From Nitrosopumilus sp. (GTDB lineage: Archaea > Thermoproteota > Nitrososphaeria > Nitrososphaerales > Nitrosopumilaceae), in the NCBI GenBank assembly GCA_965224195.1, contig OZ245040.1, forward strand, positions 1,888,001 through 1,952,000: DNA of 64,000 nt, given 5' to 3'. Each line of letters starts with the position of its first letter. Within the stretch, counting starts at the first letter, position 1. This document shows positions 1 through 9,638 of the stretch, in pieces. Below the pieces are notes generated by a model, which was not told the DNA's origin, ran no database searches, and worked only from the letters and a program-made list of their open reading frames with translations. The position numbers and the translations under genes are program-made.

Positions 1-23
1 GATACAAAATTCGGTGAAAGAAA

Positions 24-542
24 ATGGAATATGAATTAGGTATACTGGGGTTAATCATAGGTCTCTGTGGACTAGCAGTTACATTATACCTCACTCATTA
101 CATACAAGACTCTGATAAAAAAAGAAGAGAAAAAGAGGAAGGGTTTTACAAAATGGAAACAGAATCAAATTTTGCGGAAATAAAAACAATTTTTCGTAAT
201 GTTATAACAATTGCAAATGGTTCTGGAGGTGGAGTTTGGGATGATGAAGAAAAAGAAGAAATAACTTATTCACTTAATGAATATTTTTCAAATAATTACA
301 ATAAAATACGTTATCTAGAAGATGATACCAAGCGTTCTTTGAAAAGATGGAAAAGCTTAGATGCTTCAAAACAAAATCAAATTAAAGATGTTTTAAATAA
401 CTTGAATTGGTTAATTCAAACATATTTTCCTGAAGGAATATCCATGTCTGAACATCAAAGAAGATGGATAGCACATCATAATGACCTTCATGACAAACAA
501 AAGAACGTTCGTTCCATATTGAATTCAATAAAAATATCTTAG
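24..542 (+). CDS. hypothetical protein with N-terminal transmembrane helix (passenger)
   Basis: 172-aa ORF, hydrophobic N-terminus followed by a helical domain. Confidence 0.75.
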   Translation: MEYELGILGLIIGLCGLAVTLYLTHYIQDSDKKRREKEEGFYKMETESNFAEIKTIFRNVITIANGSGGGVWDDEEKEEITYSLNEYFSNNYNKIRYLEDDTKRSLKRWKSLDASKQNQIKDVLNNLNWLIQTYFPEGISMSEHQRRWIAHHNDLHDKQKNVRSILNSIKIS

Positions 543-1321
543 ATGATATTTACGGATTTACAAGTTTCTAATACAAAACGTGCCCAGTTTTCCTGATTCA
601 AACTACGTCTTATTGAAAATTCAGCATGGTTACCGAGAGTTACAGGTACTTTATCTTCATCAATTTCATCCACTATTCCATTACATTTTCTAATTCTCAT
701 TTTAGGAGACCAATAGGTTGCTATTGGATAATGCGCTTTAAAGAATGGATGATTTGTTATACATGTGCCTGTTTGAGAATACGTAATATCATCTAAATCT
801 TCTAACTTGTCATCTACGAACTCAAAGTTTGGTTTTGCTACATCATTTGCAACATCATAAGATTTGATTTTCATTACCAATTCCAACATTTTTGGTTTGC
901 TTATTGTAATTTTTTTGAAACTTGGTTTTTCGTTTTCTTTCATTTCTGATTCATCAGATTCTTTATGAATTGCAAATGACAGTAATCTACTTACATGTGA
1001 TCTATATGCACCTCTACCGCCAACAATCAAACAATTTTTTGAAGGAGATATTAGAAATTCATAATTCTCAGTTCGAAATAAATTTCTTTCTTTAGGTGTA
1101 TTTTTGTCAATCACATCTTGGTATTGATATGTAAAAATTCCTCTTAGTGAGTTTTTTATTTTTTTGATTTTCAATATTGTTGCAGTTAAACGCACTTGTT
1201 CCAACTTGTTGATCTTATTTTTCTTTCTGTATGACATTTCAAGACCTTCTGGAAGCATTTGGGAAATTTCACCTAATCCTAAAGGATATTCATATCCAAA
1301 AACTTGAATTGATCCAACCAT
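539..1321 (-). CDS. hypothetical protein (passenger)
   Basis: 260-aa ORF convergent with 24..542; no recognised motif. Confidence 0.75.
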   Translation of the reverse strand: MVGSIQVFGYEYPLGLGEISQMLPEGLEMSYRKKNKINKLEQVRLTATILKIKKIKNSLRGIFTYQYQDVIDKNTPKERNLFRTENYEFLISPSKNCLIVGGRGAYRSHVSRLLSFAIHKESDESEMKENEKPSFKKITISKPKMLELVMKIKSYDVANDVAKPNFEFVDDKLEDLDDITYSQTGTCITNHPFFKAHYPIATYWSPKMRIRKCNGIVDEIDEDKVPVTLGNHAEFSIRRSLNQENWARFVLETCKSVNII

Positions 1322-1394
1322 AAAATTAGGTGCCTAATCCACTATATAAGACGATCCTACTTAAAGCGACATAATCCTACTTTAGATACTCAAT

Positions 1395-1685
1395 ATGAAA
1401 ACAACTGAACCAAAGAACAAATTAAAATTATGCCCCCCACTTTCTTTTTTTATTATGCAACAAAAATATCTGCGAATTATTATTTTGATGTTGGTTGGAG
1501 TAGGAATATCTTTTACAATTAATGCGATTTACACATCTTATCTAATGCATTCCATAGATCCACCAATATCTCAGGAACAGATATCCATTGCGATAATTGG
1601 TCTTATACTTAGTATTGCATGGCATTCCCCATTCTTTATTATTGCATATTTGTTATACCGAAAATATAAAAAAACAAAAAATTAA
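1395..1685 (+). CDS. small 2-TM membrane protein (start may be ATG 1455)
   Basis: Two hydrophobic segments and a basic tail. Confidence 0.55.
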   Translation: MKTTEPKNKLKLCPPLSFFIMQQKYLRIIILMLVGVGISFTINAIYTSYLMHSIDPPISQEQISIAIIGLILSIAWHSPFFIIAYLLYRKYKKTKN

Positions 1686-1691
1686 AAAATT

Positions 1692-1886
1692 ATGACTAAT
1701 TTAATATGGTATCTTTTACCTTTCTTTTTTGGGTTTGTGGGTCATGTCATGCTATCAAACTCTCTTGTACATGATGATAAAAAAACTGTAATGATTAGTT
1801 TCAGAATTGCAATAATCATAACTTGTGTTTATTCTGCGTTATTTGTTGTATACCTTATTAAATTTGGTATACTAAATGATGATTAA
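1692..1886 (+). CDS. small 2-TM membrane protein
   Basis: WYLLPFFFG hydrophobic N-terminus and a second TM. Confidence 0.5.
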   Translation: MTNLIWYLLPFFFGFVGHVMLSNSLVHDDKKTVMISFRIAIIITCVYSALFVVYLIKFGILNDD

Positions 1887-1893
1887 GAAATAA

Positions 1894-2193
1894 TCATGCA
1901 CGAATTACAAGAACTATCAAAATGAAGATATTGGTATTCAAGTTCAAATGAGCCGATAATTTACACGAAAAAGATCTGTACCTATGTGCTAACAAGTTGA
2001 CAGAACCCATTTCACTGTTAACTACTACAAATAATGCTTTGATTGCAATTCGTAATTCATTTACAAACCACTTTAATTCCATAGGTAGTTTTGCGTCATC
2101 AGAAATTTTCGTCAGACGTTCATACCAATCATCATTTAATATTTCATCAAAACCTTGAATACTTTTAATGAAATCATCATCATAGTGTGTCAT
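1894..2193 (-). CDS. hypothetical protein coupled to the RHH gene (C-terminus may be degraded)
   Basis: ATGA start/stop overlap with 2190..2336. Confidence 0.5.
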   Translation of the reverse strand: MTHYDDDFIKSIQGFDEILNDDWYERLTKISDDAKLPMELKWFVNELRIAIKALFVVVNSEMGSVNLLAHRYRSFSCKLSAHLNLNTNIFILIVLVIRA

Positions 2194-2336
2194 TTTTTAT
2201 CTTTCACCCATCTCTCGATTGCTTTTTCAACTAACTCAGACACGTCAATATCTTCTTTGATAGCTTCTATCTTTGCTTTTTTCCATACATCAGGTCTTAC
2301 TTTGATCGATGTTGTAGTTCTTTCTACTTTCACCAT
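2190..2336 (-). CDS. ribbon-helix-helix DNA-binding protein (48 aa, not in ORF track)
   Basis: Manual translation MVKVERTTTSIKVRPDVWKKAKIEAIKEDIDVSELVEKAIERWVKDKK has a strand-helix-helix pattern; divergent from the transposase. Confidence 0.8.
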   Translation of the reverse strand: MVKVERTTTSIKVRPDVWKKAKIEAIKEDIDVSELVEKAIERWVKDKK

Positions 2337-2459
2337 ATAATACCATACTACTCATAGTATATAATATTTTTCAAGAGTGTTTATGTAATAGTATTATGTA
2401 CTACTACTAGTATAAATCCAAGACAAGAAAAAGGCAAACAAATAGCACTAAAATCAGAT

Positions 2460-3524
2460 TTGATTAGAGTTTCAGACTATCATTATCATGTACATTCCCA
2501 GACTACCAATAGAGATTATGACGTTATCAGAGTAAATGAAAAATGGACGTGCACCTGTCCTGACCACAAGTATCGAAACAGAATTTGCTGTAAGCACATT
2601 CATGCAATAGAATTTTCAATCAAAATTAGAGAGGAGGTACGAGAAAGAAATAAGGTTACAATCGAACCTGTGACCATTGATTCTTGTCGCTTCTGTCATG
2701 GCAAGAACATTGTAAAAAATGGTGTTCGTAAAAACAAGCATACAGCAATTCAAAGATTCTCATGTTCAGATTGCCACAGAACATTCTCAATGAATCTAGG
2801 CTTTGAGAAGATGAAACACAATCCTAAAGGAATCACTACTGCCATGCAGTTGTATTTCTCAGGTGAATCATTAAGAAACGTGGCTAGATCCCTCAAACTT
2901 CTAGGCATGGATGTATCACACCAAACTATCTACAACTGGATTGAAAAATATACCAAACTCATGAATCAATACTTAGACAAGATAGTTCCCCAAGTAGGTG
3001 ATGCGTGGCGAGCTGACGAGATTTATGTAAAAATTCGTGGTGAATTAAAATATGTATTTGCAATGATGGATGATGAAACCAGATTCTGGATTGCTCAAGA
3101 AGTTGGTGACAGAAAAGAAGGACATAACGCAGGAGGGTTACTACAAAAGGCAAAACAAGTTACACAAACAAAACCTAAAGTGTTCATCACAGATGGTCTA
3201 GGATCATATCATGAAGCATACAAGAAAGAATTTTGGACATTGAAAAGACGTAACAGAACATTACACATCAGACATATTCACTTGCAAGATGACATGAACA
3301 ATAACAAGATGGAACGACTCAATGGAGAAATTAGAGATAGGGAAAAAGTAATGAGAGGAATAAAGAAAAAAGATTCAGTTACACTAACTGGTTATCAGTT
3401 GTTTCACAATTACATTCGACCACACAGTGCATTAGGTGGATTGACACCTAGTGAAAAATGTGGTATGGAGATTCAAGGAGACAATAAATGGATTACATTA
3501 ATTCAGAATGCTAGTAAGAAATGA
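2460..3524 (+). CDS. IS6-family DDE transposase with N-terminal SWIM finger and IS1-like Zn ribbon
   Basis: CTCPDH...CKH SWIM motif; CxxC...CxxC; WRADEIYVK, FITDG, NNKMERLNG, HNYIRPH. Confidence 0.92.
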   Translation: MIRVSDYHYHVHSQTTNRDYDVIRVNEKWTCTCPDHKYRNRICCKHIHAIEFSIKIREEVRERNKVTIEPVTIDSCRFCHGKNIVKNGVRKNKHTAIQRFSCSDCHRTFSMNLGFEKMKHNPKGITTAMQLYFSGESLRNVARSLKLLGMDVSHQTIYNWIEKYTKLMNQYLDKIVPQVGDAWRADEIYVKIRGELKYVFAMMDDETRFWIAQEVGDRKEGHNAGGLLQKAKQVTQTKPKVFITDGLGSYHEAYKKEFWTLKRRNRTLHIRHIHLQDDMNNNKMERLNGEIRDREKVMRGIKKKDSVTLTGYQLFHNYIRPHSALGGLTPSEKCGMEIQGDNKWITLIQNASKK

Positions 3525-3803
3525 TTATTGATTATCTTGACAATGAACAAAGAACAGGATTTTTCTATCTCTCATTGGATTAATTACAACTTCTACTCTT
3601 CCATCAATGATAAACAACATGTGTCCTGCACTTTTTTGAACATGTGTACATTCAACAAATGCAGGATGTTTTTCAGGATGTTCAAATTCAACAATGTCTG
3701 TTTTGAATTTGGTTAGAAGATCTACGGAAGGATCAGAAACATACTCAATATTTACAAAATATTGTGACCACGTAGGTGTTTTACATGTCCAAAAACGAGT
3801 CAA
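3525..3803 (-). CDS. hypothetical protein (passenger)
   Basis: 92-aa ORF convergent with the transposase. Confidence 0.5.
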   Translation of the reverse strand: MTRFWTCKTPTWSQYFVNIEYVSDPSVDLLTKFKTDIVEFEHPEKHPAFVECTHVQKSAGHMLFIIDGRVEVVINPMRDRKILFFVHCQDNQ

Positions 3804-4054
3804 TATGTAACAAAAACTACTGAGGGATTAAATATCTACTTCTTGATCTTCCGTATGCGTCTCAAATTTCTTAGATGATTCTTGTGCTATTTTGAAATGA
3901 CGTTCTTCCCAATGTCTTTTCTCGGATTCCATGTTATAATGTAACATAATACATGTTATAAATTTTCGAAGTTTTACAACAATCACACACGATTATTAAG
4001 AAATTTACATAATCTTAATAATATTTGATATTTGGACGGTACCACTCAAATCTC

Positions 4055-4105
4055 CATCAACTGACTTTTTACGCCTATTTTATCAACCGTAGGCTTTACA
4101 GAACC
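4055..4105 (-). repeat. IS6-like terminal repeat, right end A
   Basis: CAACTGACTTTTTACG...CAACCGTAGGCTTTACAGAACC; similar to the copies ending at 15029 and 18487. Confidence 0.75.
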
Positions 4106-4969
4106 TGATGAACACATTGATGAATTCAGAACACACATGAAAGATCACATGAAGGACCGCATGATGGACAAAGCCCATGATAAACCACATATGGATTATG
4201 ATAGACTATGTGCATTAGCAGATTCTGAACGTGCAGCAGAAATTGATGATTCAGAAAAACTTGACAGACTTTCTAAATGGTGTGATATGAGCGCTGAAGA
4301 AAGAGAAGACTATAAGATGAAACATCATGATGCCATGAAAGACAAAGCTCATGACAAAATGTCTGATGCAGCAAAAGACAAAATGAAAATGAAATTATCT
4401 GACAAATCTGACCGTATCAAGGCAATGATCATGGACAAACATGACATTTCTGATGAGCGTAGAGAAGAAATCAAGATGAAATACATTGAGAAACATGGTG
4501 ATCTGACTGACGAGAAAAAGTCTGAACTCAAAATGAAATTCAAAGATCATATGAAAAATATGAGAATGAATATCTCTGATGAGCGAAAATCTTCAATTCA
4601 TGATAGACTAGCTGAGATGAAAGCCTTCAAGGCAGAACTCCGCGATAGAGCATCTGAAATGACTGACGAGGAAAAACAGGAACTTGGAGCAGAATTCATT
4701 GAAAAGGCAAAAGACATGCAATTAGCATGGATTTCCCCACGCACACAAATGACTGCCGGCATTGATGCTGGAGATGTAGAATGTAGAGAAGGATTTAGCC
4801 TGGTAATGAAAGCATCAAACGGTGTTGCAATGTGCCTTAAAGCAGATACAGCACTTAAGTAATGAATTTGATTTCCTTCATAGATTCCTTTGTGCATGTT
4901 GCAATGTGCCTTAAAGCAGATACAGCACTTAAGATGATAGATAGAGGACTAGTAGTTCCTGCTAACTAA
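4106..4969 (+). pseudogene. Met/His/Asp/Lys-rich exported protein remnant with Nitrosopumilus-type Cys-pair C-terminal domain
   Basis: Frame is open back to the IS end, so the gene is 5'-truncated. The C-terminal SPRTQ..C.EG..LVMK..G..MCLK..TALK|MIDRG domain is interrupted by an insertion at 4860-4896. Confidence 0.75.
4823..4933 (+). repeat. 37-bp exact direct repeat flanking a 37-bp unique insert
   Basis: TGTTGCAATGTGCCTTAAAGCAGATACAGCACTTAAG at 4823-4859 and 4897-4933. Confidence 0.95.
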
Positions 4970-4988
4970 TTTTTTTCTTTTTTATTTT
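4970..4988 (+). terminator. archaeal oligo-T terminator
   Basis: T-rich tract immediately after the native stop at 4969. Confidence 0.55.
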
Positions 4989-5223
4989 AATTGAAGCCCT
5001 TCTGGCCCATGCCCTACTTGATCCTTTATCTGGCCCATGATTATAGAGGTGATACTATGACTATACCTGACTATTCTCTAGAGGATTTGTCCGACATTTC
5101 CCCCTTTGAAAATTACACTAGTGCGATCAGATATGTTGTAAATTATCCTGGTATTTTATATTCAGAAATAAAATAAAAATTTGAATTGATTTAGTAAAAT
5201 TATCTGAGAAATTAATTTTTACG

Positions 5224-6393
5224 TTAACCATTAATGAATTCATTGAGTCTAGTTTGACTTTCATCATCTTCAATATAGAAAGATTCATTTCTATTTTTTA
5301 CAATTTTTTGTTTTTTTAACCATGATGAAATAGTTGAAGCACGTCTTCTTGCTGTACTTGCTGATAAATTTGTACTATATTCTAAAAATTTAGTAATGTC
5401 ATTAGTGGTAAATTGGGTTTTAGAGTCTGATTTTAGATAAAGAAAAAATGCTTTGACAACAGGAAGTTCTTTAATTAAAGTATCAATTATGTCATTACGA
5501 TCCCCATCTGAATACGTCCCTATCTTATCTACAAGTTTAGTAGAGACATAGTAATTGTTAGATTTTTCAATTAACCCCAACATTTCTGCTGCATCTAAAT
5601 AATACATTGCCATTCTAGGACGTACACTCATTATTTTTGCTAATTTTTTAGCAGTTATTTTTTCAGATTTACAATAAAATGGAATATCCAGTACTTTATC
5701 AAAATTATTGGCGTCTGGAACAGATTTTGTATCTAAATAAAATGTATTATCCTTATTTGATGAATTTTTTAGTAATAATGAAAGATTTTGCTTATCTTTC
5801 CATTCTTGATTATTTGATGAATTTTTTAATTTTTTAGTAATATGTTCCGTTAATGCAATTATTTCTGGATTATATTCTGAAAACGTTAATGATTTTTGGT
5901 TTGTAGTACTAGTGATATTTTGAATATTATTTTGACGTATCAATGGTAATGAGCTTTTATTAAACGAACACATTGTCCAATCTAATTCACGTTCAATTTT
6001 TCTTTTAGCAGCACCCAATGTATGTAATATGTCCGAATAAGATTCATTTTCAATATCAAATAATTTAGCTGCCTTGATCGTTTCTGTAGTATCTAAAAGA
6101 AATTTAGGTATTGAAATAAAAGAAGTACTAAATTTAGTCAAAATATCTAAGGATTTTTCCAATTCAGAGTCTTCTTTTTTATGAAGTAAATCCAAATAGG
6201 TACTTTCGGCAAAAGCTAACATAAAGCTATTTTGAACAGATTTTTTCATTTTTTCTTGATTTTTTGATAATTCTAAAAATACTGAGTCTACCATTTTTAA
6301 TATTGGATTTAATACATCTAGACTTTCTTGCATGTCTTTTTGATATCTACGTTCGTAAATTTTACCTAGTGCTTTGAATATCTCATAGGACAC
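5224..6393 (-). CDS. helical protein with C-terminal tandem winged helices; likely 3' half of a frameshifted gene
   Basis: YYLDAAEMLGLI and STARRRASTISSWL wHTH motifs; frame stays open upstream past 6560. Confidence 0.75.
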   Translation of the reverse strand: MSYEIFKALGKIYERRYQKDMQESLDVLNPILKMVDSVFLELSKNQEKMKKSVQNSFMLAFAESTYLDLLHKKEDSELEKSLDILTKFSTSFISIPKFLLDTTETIKAAKLFDIENESYSDILHTLGAAKRKIERELDWTMCSFNKSSLPLIRQNNIQNITSTTNQKSLTFSEYNPEIIALTEHITKKLKNSSNNQEWKDKQNLSLLLKNSSNKDNTFYLDTKSVPDANNFDKVLDIPFYCKSEKITAKKLAKIMSVRPRMAMYYLDAAEMLGLIEKSNNYYVSTKLVDKIGTYSDGDRNDIIDTLIKELPVVKAFFLYLKSDSKTQFTTNDITKFLEYSTNLSASTARRRASTISSWLKKQKIVKNRNESFYIEDDESQTRLNEFING

Positions 6394-6533
6394 TTTTGAT
6401 GAATAATCAGGCTCCTTAATGCCATTAAGCCTAACAATTATTTCTTCTGCAGATTGTTGAGAAGTGTCTGAAAGTATGTTCTTTGGTAAAAAATCATCTA
6501 ACTGTTTAGAACTTAATGAATTATTTCTTTGTT

Positions 6534-7376
6534 TTAAAATTTGCCGAAGTTTTTTTTTAAAGCATTGTTGGGGTTTGTAGAAATTGTTAAAGTTGAATTT
6601 CTCCCTTCAGGTTTTTTCAACGAAAGTTCATAGAAATTTTCCCATAGATAATCACCTTCATTTAATTCAAGTACTACGTTAGAGTTTGCACATATAATTC
6701 CTAGACTTCTTGCTGCAGATTGAACTTTTATGTTGTCTGTCACTAAAGATGTTTTTTCATCAATACATGTTACTACAAGTCTTGATTCATAAGAAGATAA
6801 TTTTTTAATTCGTCTAAGATAATAGTCTATTTTTGTGGAACTTTCAACATCATTATATGTAGAAGATATGAATACTTGTTTTTCATCGTTTAGAAAACTT
6901 TCTAATTTTTCATTATCTTGATCATATGCAAATTGTTTTAATTCAGAATAATCATGATCTGTCAACATTATTTTAGAATGATTGAAAATTCGTTGTAATC
7001 CCTCAATCTGTACCATTTCAAAAATATCTTTGAAACTTTTTTCATCAACAACAAATGTGTCTGAAATAGGTTCAGGCTTAACGTCGTGTGTTTTATTTAG
7101 AAAATCAAGTAACAATGAACGGAATTCCATTCCTAGTTTAGTTAAGTGATAAAATGCATAAGAACCATTTTCAGGATCTGTAATTTCACCTTTAACTATG
7201 CAGTATTTTTGTAATTTTTCTAATTGTTTTTGTAAACTGTCATTTGAAAGATTTGTTTCAGTTTGTAATTTTTTGAAAGATGCCCTTTCATTTTGTTCCA
7301 ACGTCTCAATGATTAGGATGCTAGATCGTTCACTGACAGTATTAATTGCAGCTAAATTTAGGAGTGGATTTTCCAT
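6534..7376 (-). CDS. HxlR/ArsR-like wHTH fused to a PIN-like domain
   Basis: SFKKLQ..LSNDSLQKQLEKL..YHLTKLG; FVVD...YSEL...LVTDNIKVQSAARSLGI. Confidence 0.75.
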   Translation of the reverse strand: MENPLLNLAAINTVSERSSILIIETLEQNERASFKKLQTETNLSNDSLQKQLEKLQKYCIVKGEITDPENGSYAFYHLTKLGMEFRSLLLDFLNKTHDVKPEPISDTFVVDEKSFKDIFEMVQIEGLQRIFNHSKIMLTDHDYSELKQFAYDQDNEKLESFLNDEKQVFISSTYNDVESSTKIDYYLRRIKKLSSYESRLVVTCIDEKTSLVTDNIKVQSAARSLGIICANSNVVLELNEGDYLWENFYELSLKKPEGRNSTLTISTNPNNALKKNFGKF

Positions 7377-7456
7377 ATTATGCTATAATTTGATCGGGAT
7401 ATAAGAGTTCTGCATAACCAGAGTTTTTAAATAGTCAAACCCTGATTATACTAAGC

Positions 7457-7924
7457 GTGAGAAACAACATTTCCATTTACAGTGATACTCTGATTGACCA
7501 TTTAAGGCGTGGCACTTTGGAAACTTTTCTAGAGGAATGTAAGCAAGAGAGTACACGATTGTACATACCATTTGGAGTTCGCAAAGAAGTTGAAGAAGAT
7601 TTGGACAATGTGGTTGAAACTGAATTGTGGCATAATTTGTTAAAACAAGGATTATCTCAAGGGGTGATTGTAAAATCAAGGCATAAGTATGATTTTGAAC
7701 GCCCTTACAAAATTTTGTTTAGTAGATTGAATTCAATCAATCCTGAATTGAATTCTGTCCAAAGACATATTGTTACACTGTCACTTCAAATTGGAATCAA
7801 TGTTAATACCAACAATAAACAAATCATTCGAACAATTAATGAAATCAAAACTACTGCACATTTACAAAAATATGCTACACGATTAATATCAAAAGCAAAA
7901 TCAGATTCTATCAAGAATTATTAA
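7457..7924 (+). CDS. degenerate PIN-like domain protein
   Basis: IYSDTLID...LYIPFGVRKEV...VNTNNKQI follows the PIN topology. Confidence 0.55.
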   Translation: MRNNISIYSDTLIDHLRRGTLETFLEECKQESTRLYIPFGVRKEVEEDLDNVVETELWHNLLKQGLSQGVIVKSRHKYDFERPYKILFSRLNSINPELNSVQRHIVTLSLQIGINVNTNNKQIIRTINEIKTTAHLQKYATRLISKAKSDSIKNY

Positions 7925-7981
7925 TTTTTAGTTGTCTAAACTATTCTTAGATGTTGTGGGATCCCTTTACATGATTAATAA

Positions 7982-8542
7982 GTGACGAATATGCCTAAGA
8001 ACAGAATAAGAATTGTCAATCTAGAAGGAAAATGTCTAAAGTGTAAATCTACTTTTGCTACAACAATGCCTAAAGAAAATTTTATTGAAGGAACAGGGAT
8101 GATCACTTTTTGTAAAAAATGTGATAAAAAAATTGATTATAATGTTGCAAGTTATGATGAACAATTTTTAGAAGAATTGATAGGCCAGCCTTGTAAAATT
8201 TGTAATTATCCAATTTCAGACATACACCATATTATTCCTAAAAAATTTGGAGGTACAGATGAAATAAAAAATTTAGTAAATTTATGCCCAAATCATCACA
8301 GAGTATTTCATCTCCTTGTTTCAATGGAAAGAAAACAAAGAAAATTAAAAAATAAGTATTCTAATAATTTTAAATTGAATCAACAAGCCAGAATTGTTTT
8401 AGAAATTATGCAAAACGATAGAAAAATGTTTGATTATTTTCTTTCTGTAAAACCAATACTGGAAGATAACTCTGTGTTTATGACAGATGCAGAACTTTTC
8501 AGACATGTTAAAAAATTACTTAAAAAAAATAAAGAATTGTAA
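7982..8542 (+). CDS. HNH endonuclease with Zn ribbon
   Basis: CKIC..DIHHIIPKKFGGTDEIKNLVNLCPNHH. Confidence 0.88.
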   Translation: MTNMPKNRIRIVNLEGKCLKCKSTFATTMPKENFIEGTGMITFCKKCDKKIDYNVASYDEQFLEELIGQPCKICNYPISDIHHIIPKKFGGTDEIKNLVNLCPNHHRVFHLLVSMERKQRKLKNKYSNNFKLNQQARIVLEIMQNDRKMFDYFLSVKPILEDNSVFMTDAELFRHVKKLLKKNKEL

Positions 8543-8715
8543 TTACAAATTATATACTAATTCAATTAATAAGCACAAGATGGTAGTTACAAATTAGTAT
8601 GAATTTTGAAGCATGACAATTATCTAACTTTTACTATTTCTTTTAAGATTTTTCCATCTTGTCTGTTTTTTTAAAAATTACGATCAAAAATTAATCAAAA
8701 GTTATCACAAATTCT

Positions 8716-9160
8716 CTATTTTTTTATTCTAGGTAATTGATTTAGATTTGATTCCATTTCTTTGTATTTTTTTGGATAATTTGCTTGCAGTTCTTCTATG
8801 ATTTTTGCTGCTGCGGCATTTGAGCTGCTTTCCCCATAATAATTATCTAAAGTTACAATTAATTTTGAATTAAAGATATGTCCTAAATCTTTAAAGAATT
8901 CCTCTTTACTTATCGATATGGTATTGGCTAGAAAATTTCGCTCAAGTAATCGAATTAATCTAAACAATATACTGATTCCTCTATTGTGACCGAAATAAGC
9001 TCCATCTACAAACGAATGTGCTTGTAAATATCCTTGCATGAGTTTCAAAATGTTAGATAATTTTTTGAATGTTTTTTCAACAGTTTCCTCAACCTGGCCA
9101 TTACGACGCATATTAGTTACTAACGTTGTCAATGTGATTTTGGTTCCTTTAGTCTCATCT
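8716..9160 (-). pseudogene. C-terminal fragment, possibly of a DGQHR/DndB-like protein
   Basis: No credible start; ITLTTLV...HNRGISILFRL resembles DGQHR C-terminal regions (from recall, not searched). Confidence 0.4.
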
Positions 9161-9617
9161 ACATATCCGAAAAAAATCCTGTTTTTGAAAAATCTAACAT
9201 TTTTTGAATAGAATTTGATTTTTTAATACGTTGTTGCTTGAAGAAATCATTTGAAAATCCTGCATGAGTACATAACCATTTGTCATCAATGAAATAATGC
9301 ATTAATAACTTATTCCAGTCAATAGAATACTTTTTGATTGCATTGTGTTTGTCTGTTCTATACCCTGCACATTTGAGGTTTGGATTGTTTGTCATGTAAC
9401 TTAGATCATGATTACCAATCAGATGTATTCTATTTTCTTGTTTTAGTGATTTTACGAGCCATTTTACAGTGTTTATCATATCTTGTACTGTATCATCAAA
9501 GTCATCAAAATAATCTCCTAAAAATATTATTTTATCTGGATTCTCTTTTTTTATTATTTTCTCTGCTGTAAGGTAATCATTGTGGATATCTGGGATGATA
9601 ATTGTCTTGATCTCCAT
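9159..9617 (-). pseudogene. metallophosphoesterase, C-terminally truncated
   Basis: IPDIHN, FLGDYFD, IGNHD and THAG are present; the final GH motif is missing. Confidence 0.8.
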
Positions 9618-9638
9618 TCTAATTATTACAACATATCA

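Larger units (their letters stand above)
1..4105 (+). mobile_element. IS6-like cargo transposon; left end probably just outside the window
   Basis: Contains an IS6-type transposase, a divergent RHH gene and unrelated passenger ORFs. It ends in ...TTTACAGAACC (reverse complement GGTTCTGT, an IS6-type terminus) at 4105, directly abutting a 5'-truncated gene. AAAATTCGGT at 6-15 matches the inverted inner end motif. Confidence 0.7.

Noticed and set aside
1354-1382. ATCCTACTT direct repeat between divergent genes
   Set aside because: Only two short copies; possibly an operator but too weak to call.
4823-4933. Annotation as a functional CRISPR array
   Set aside because: Only one spacer, no leader or cas genes in the window, and the repeat is host coding sequence. 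Kept as a finding only.
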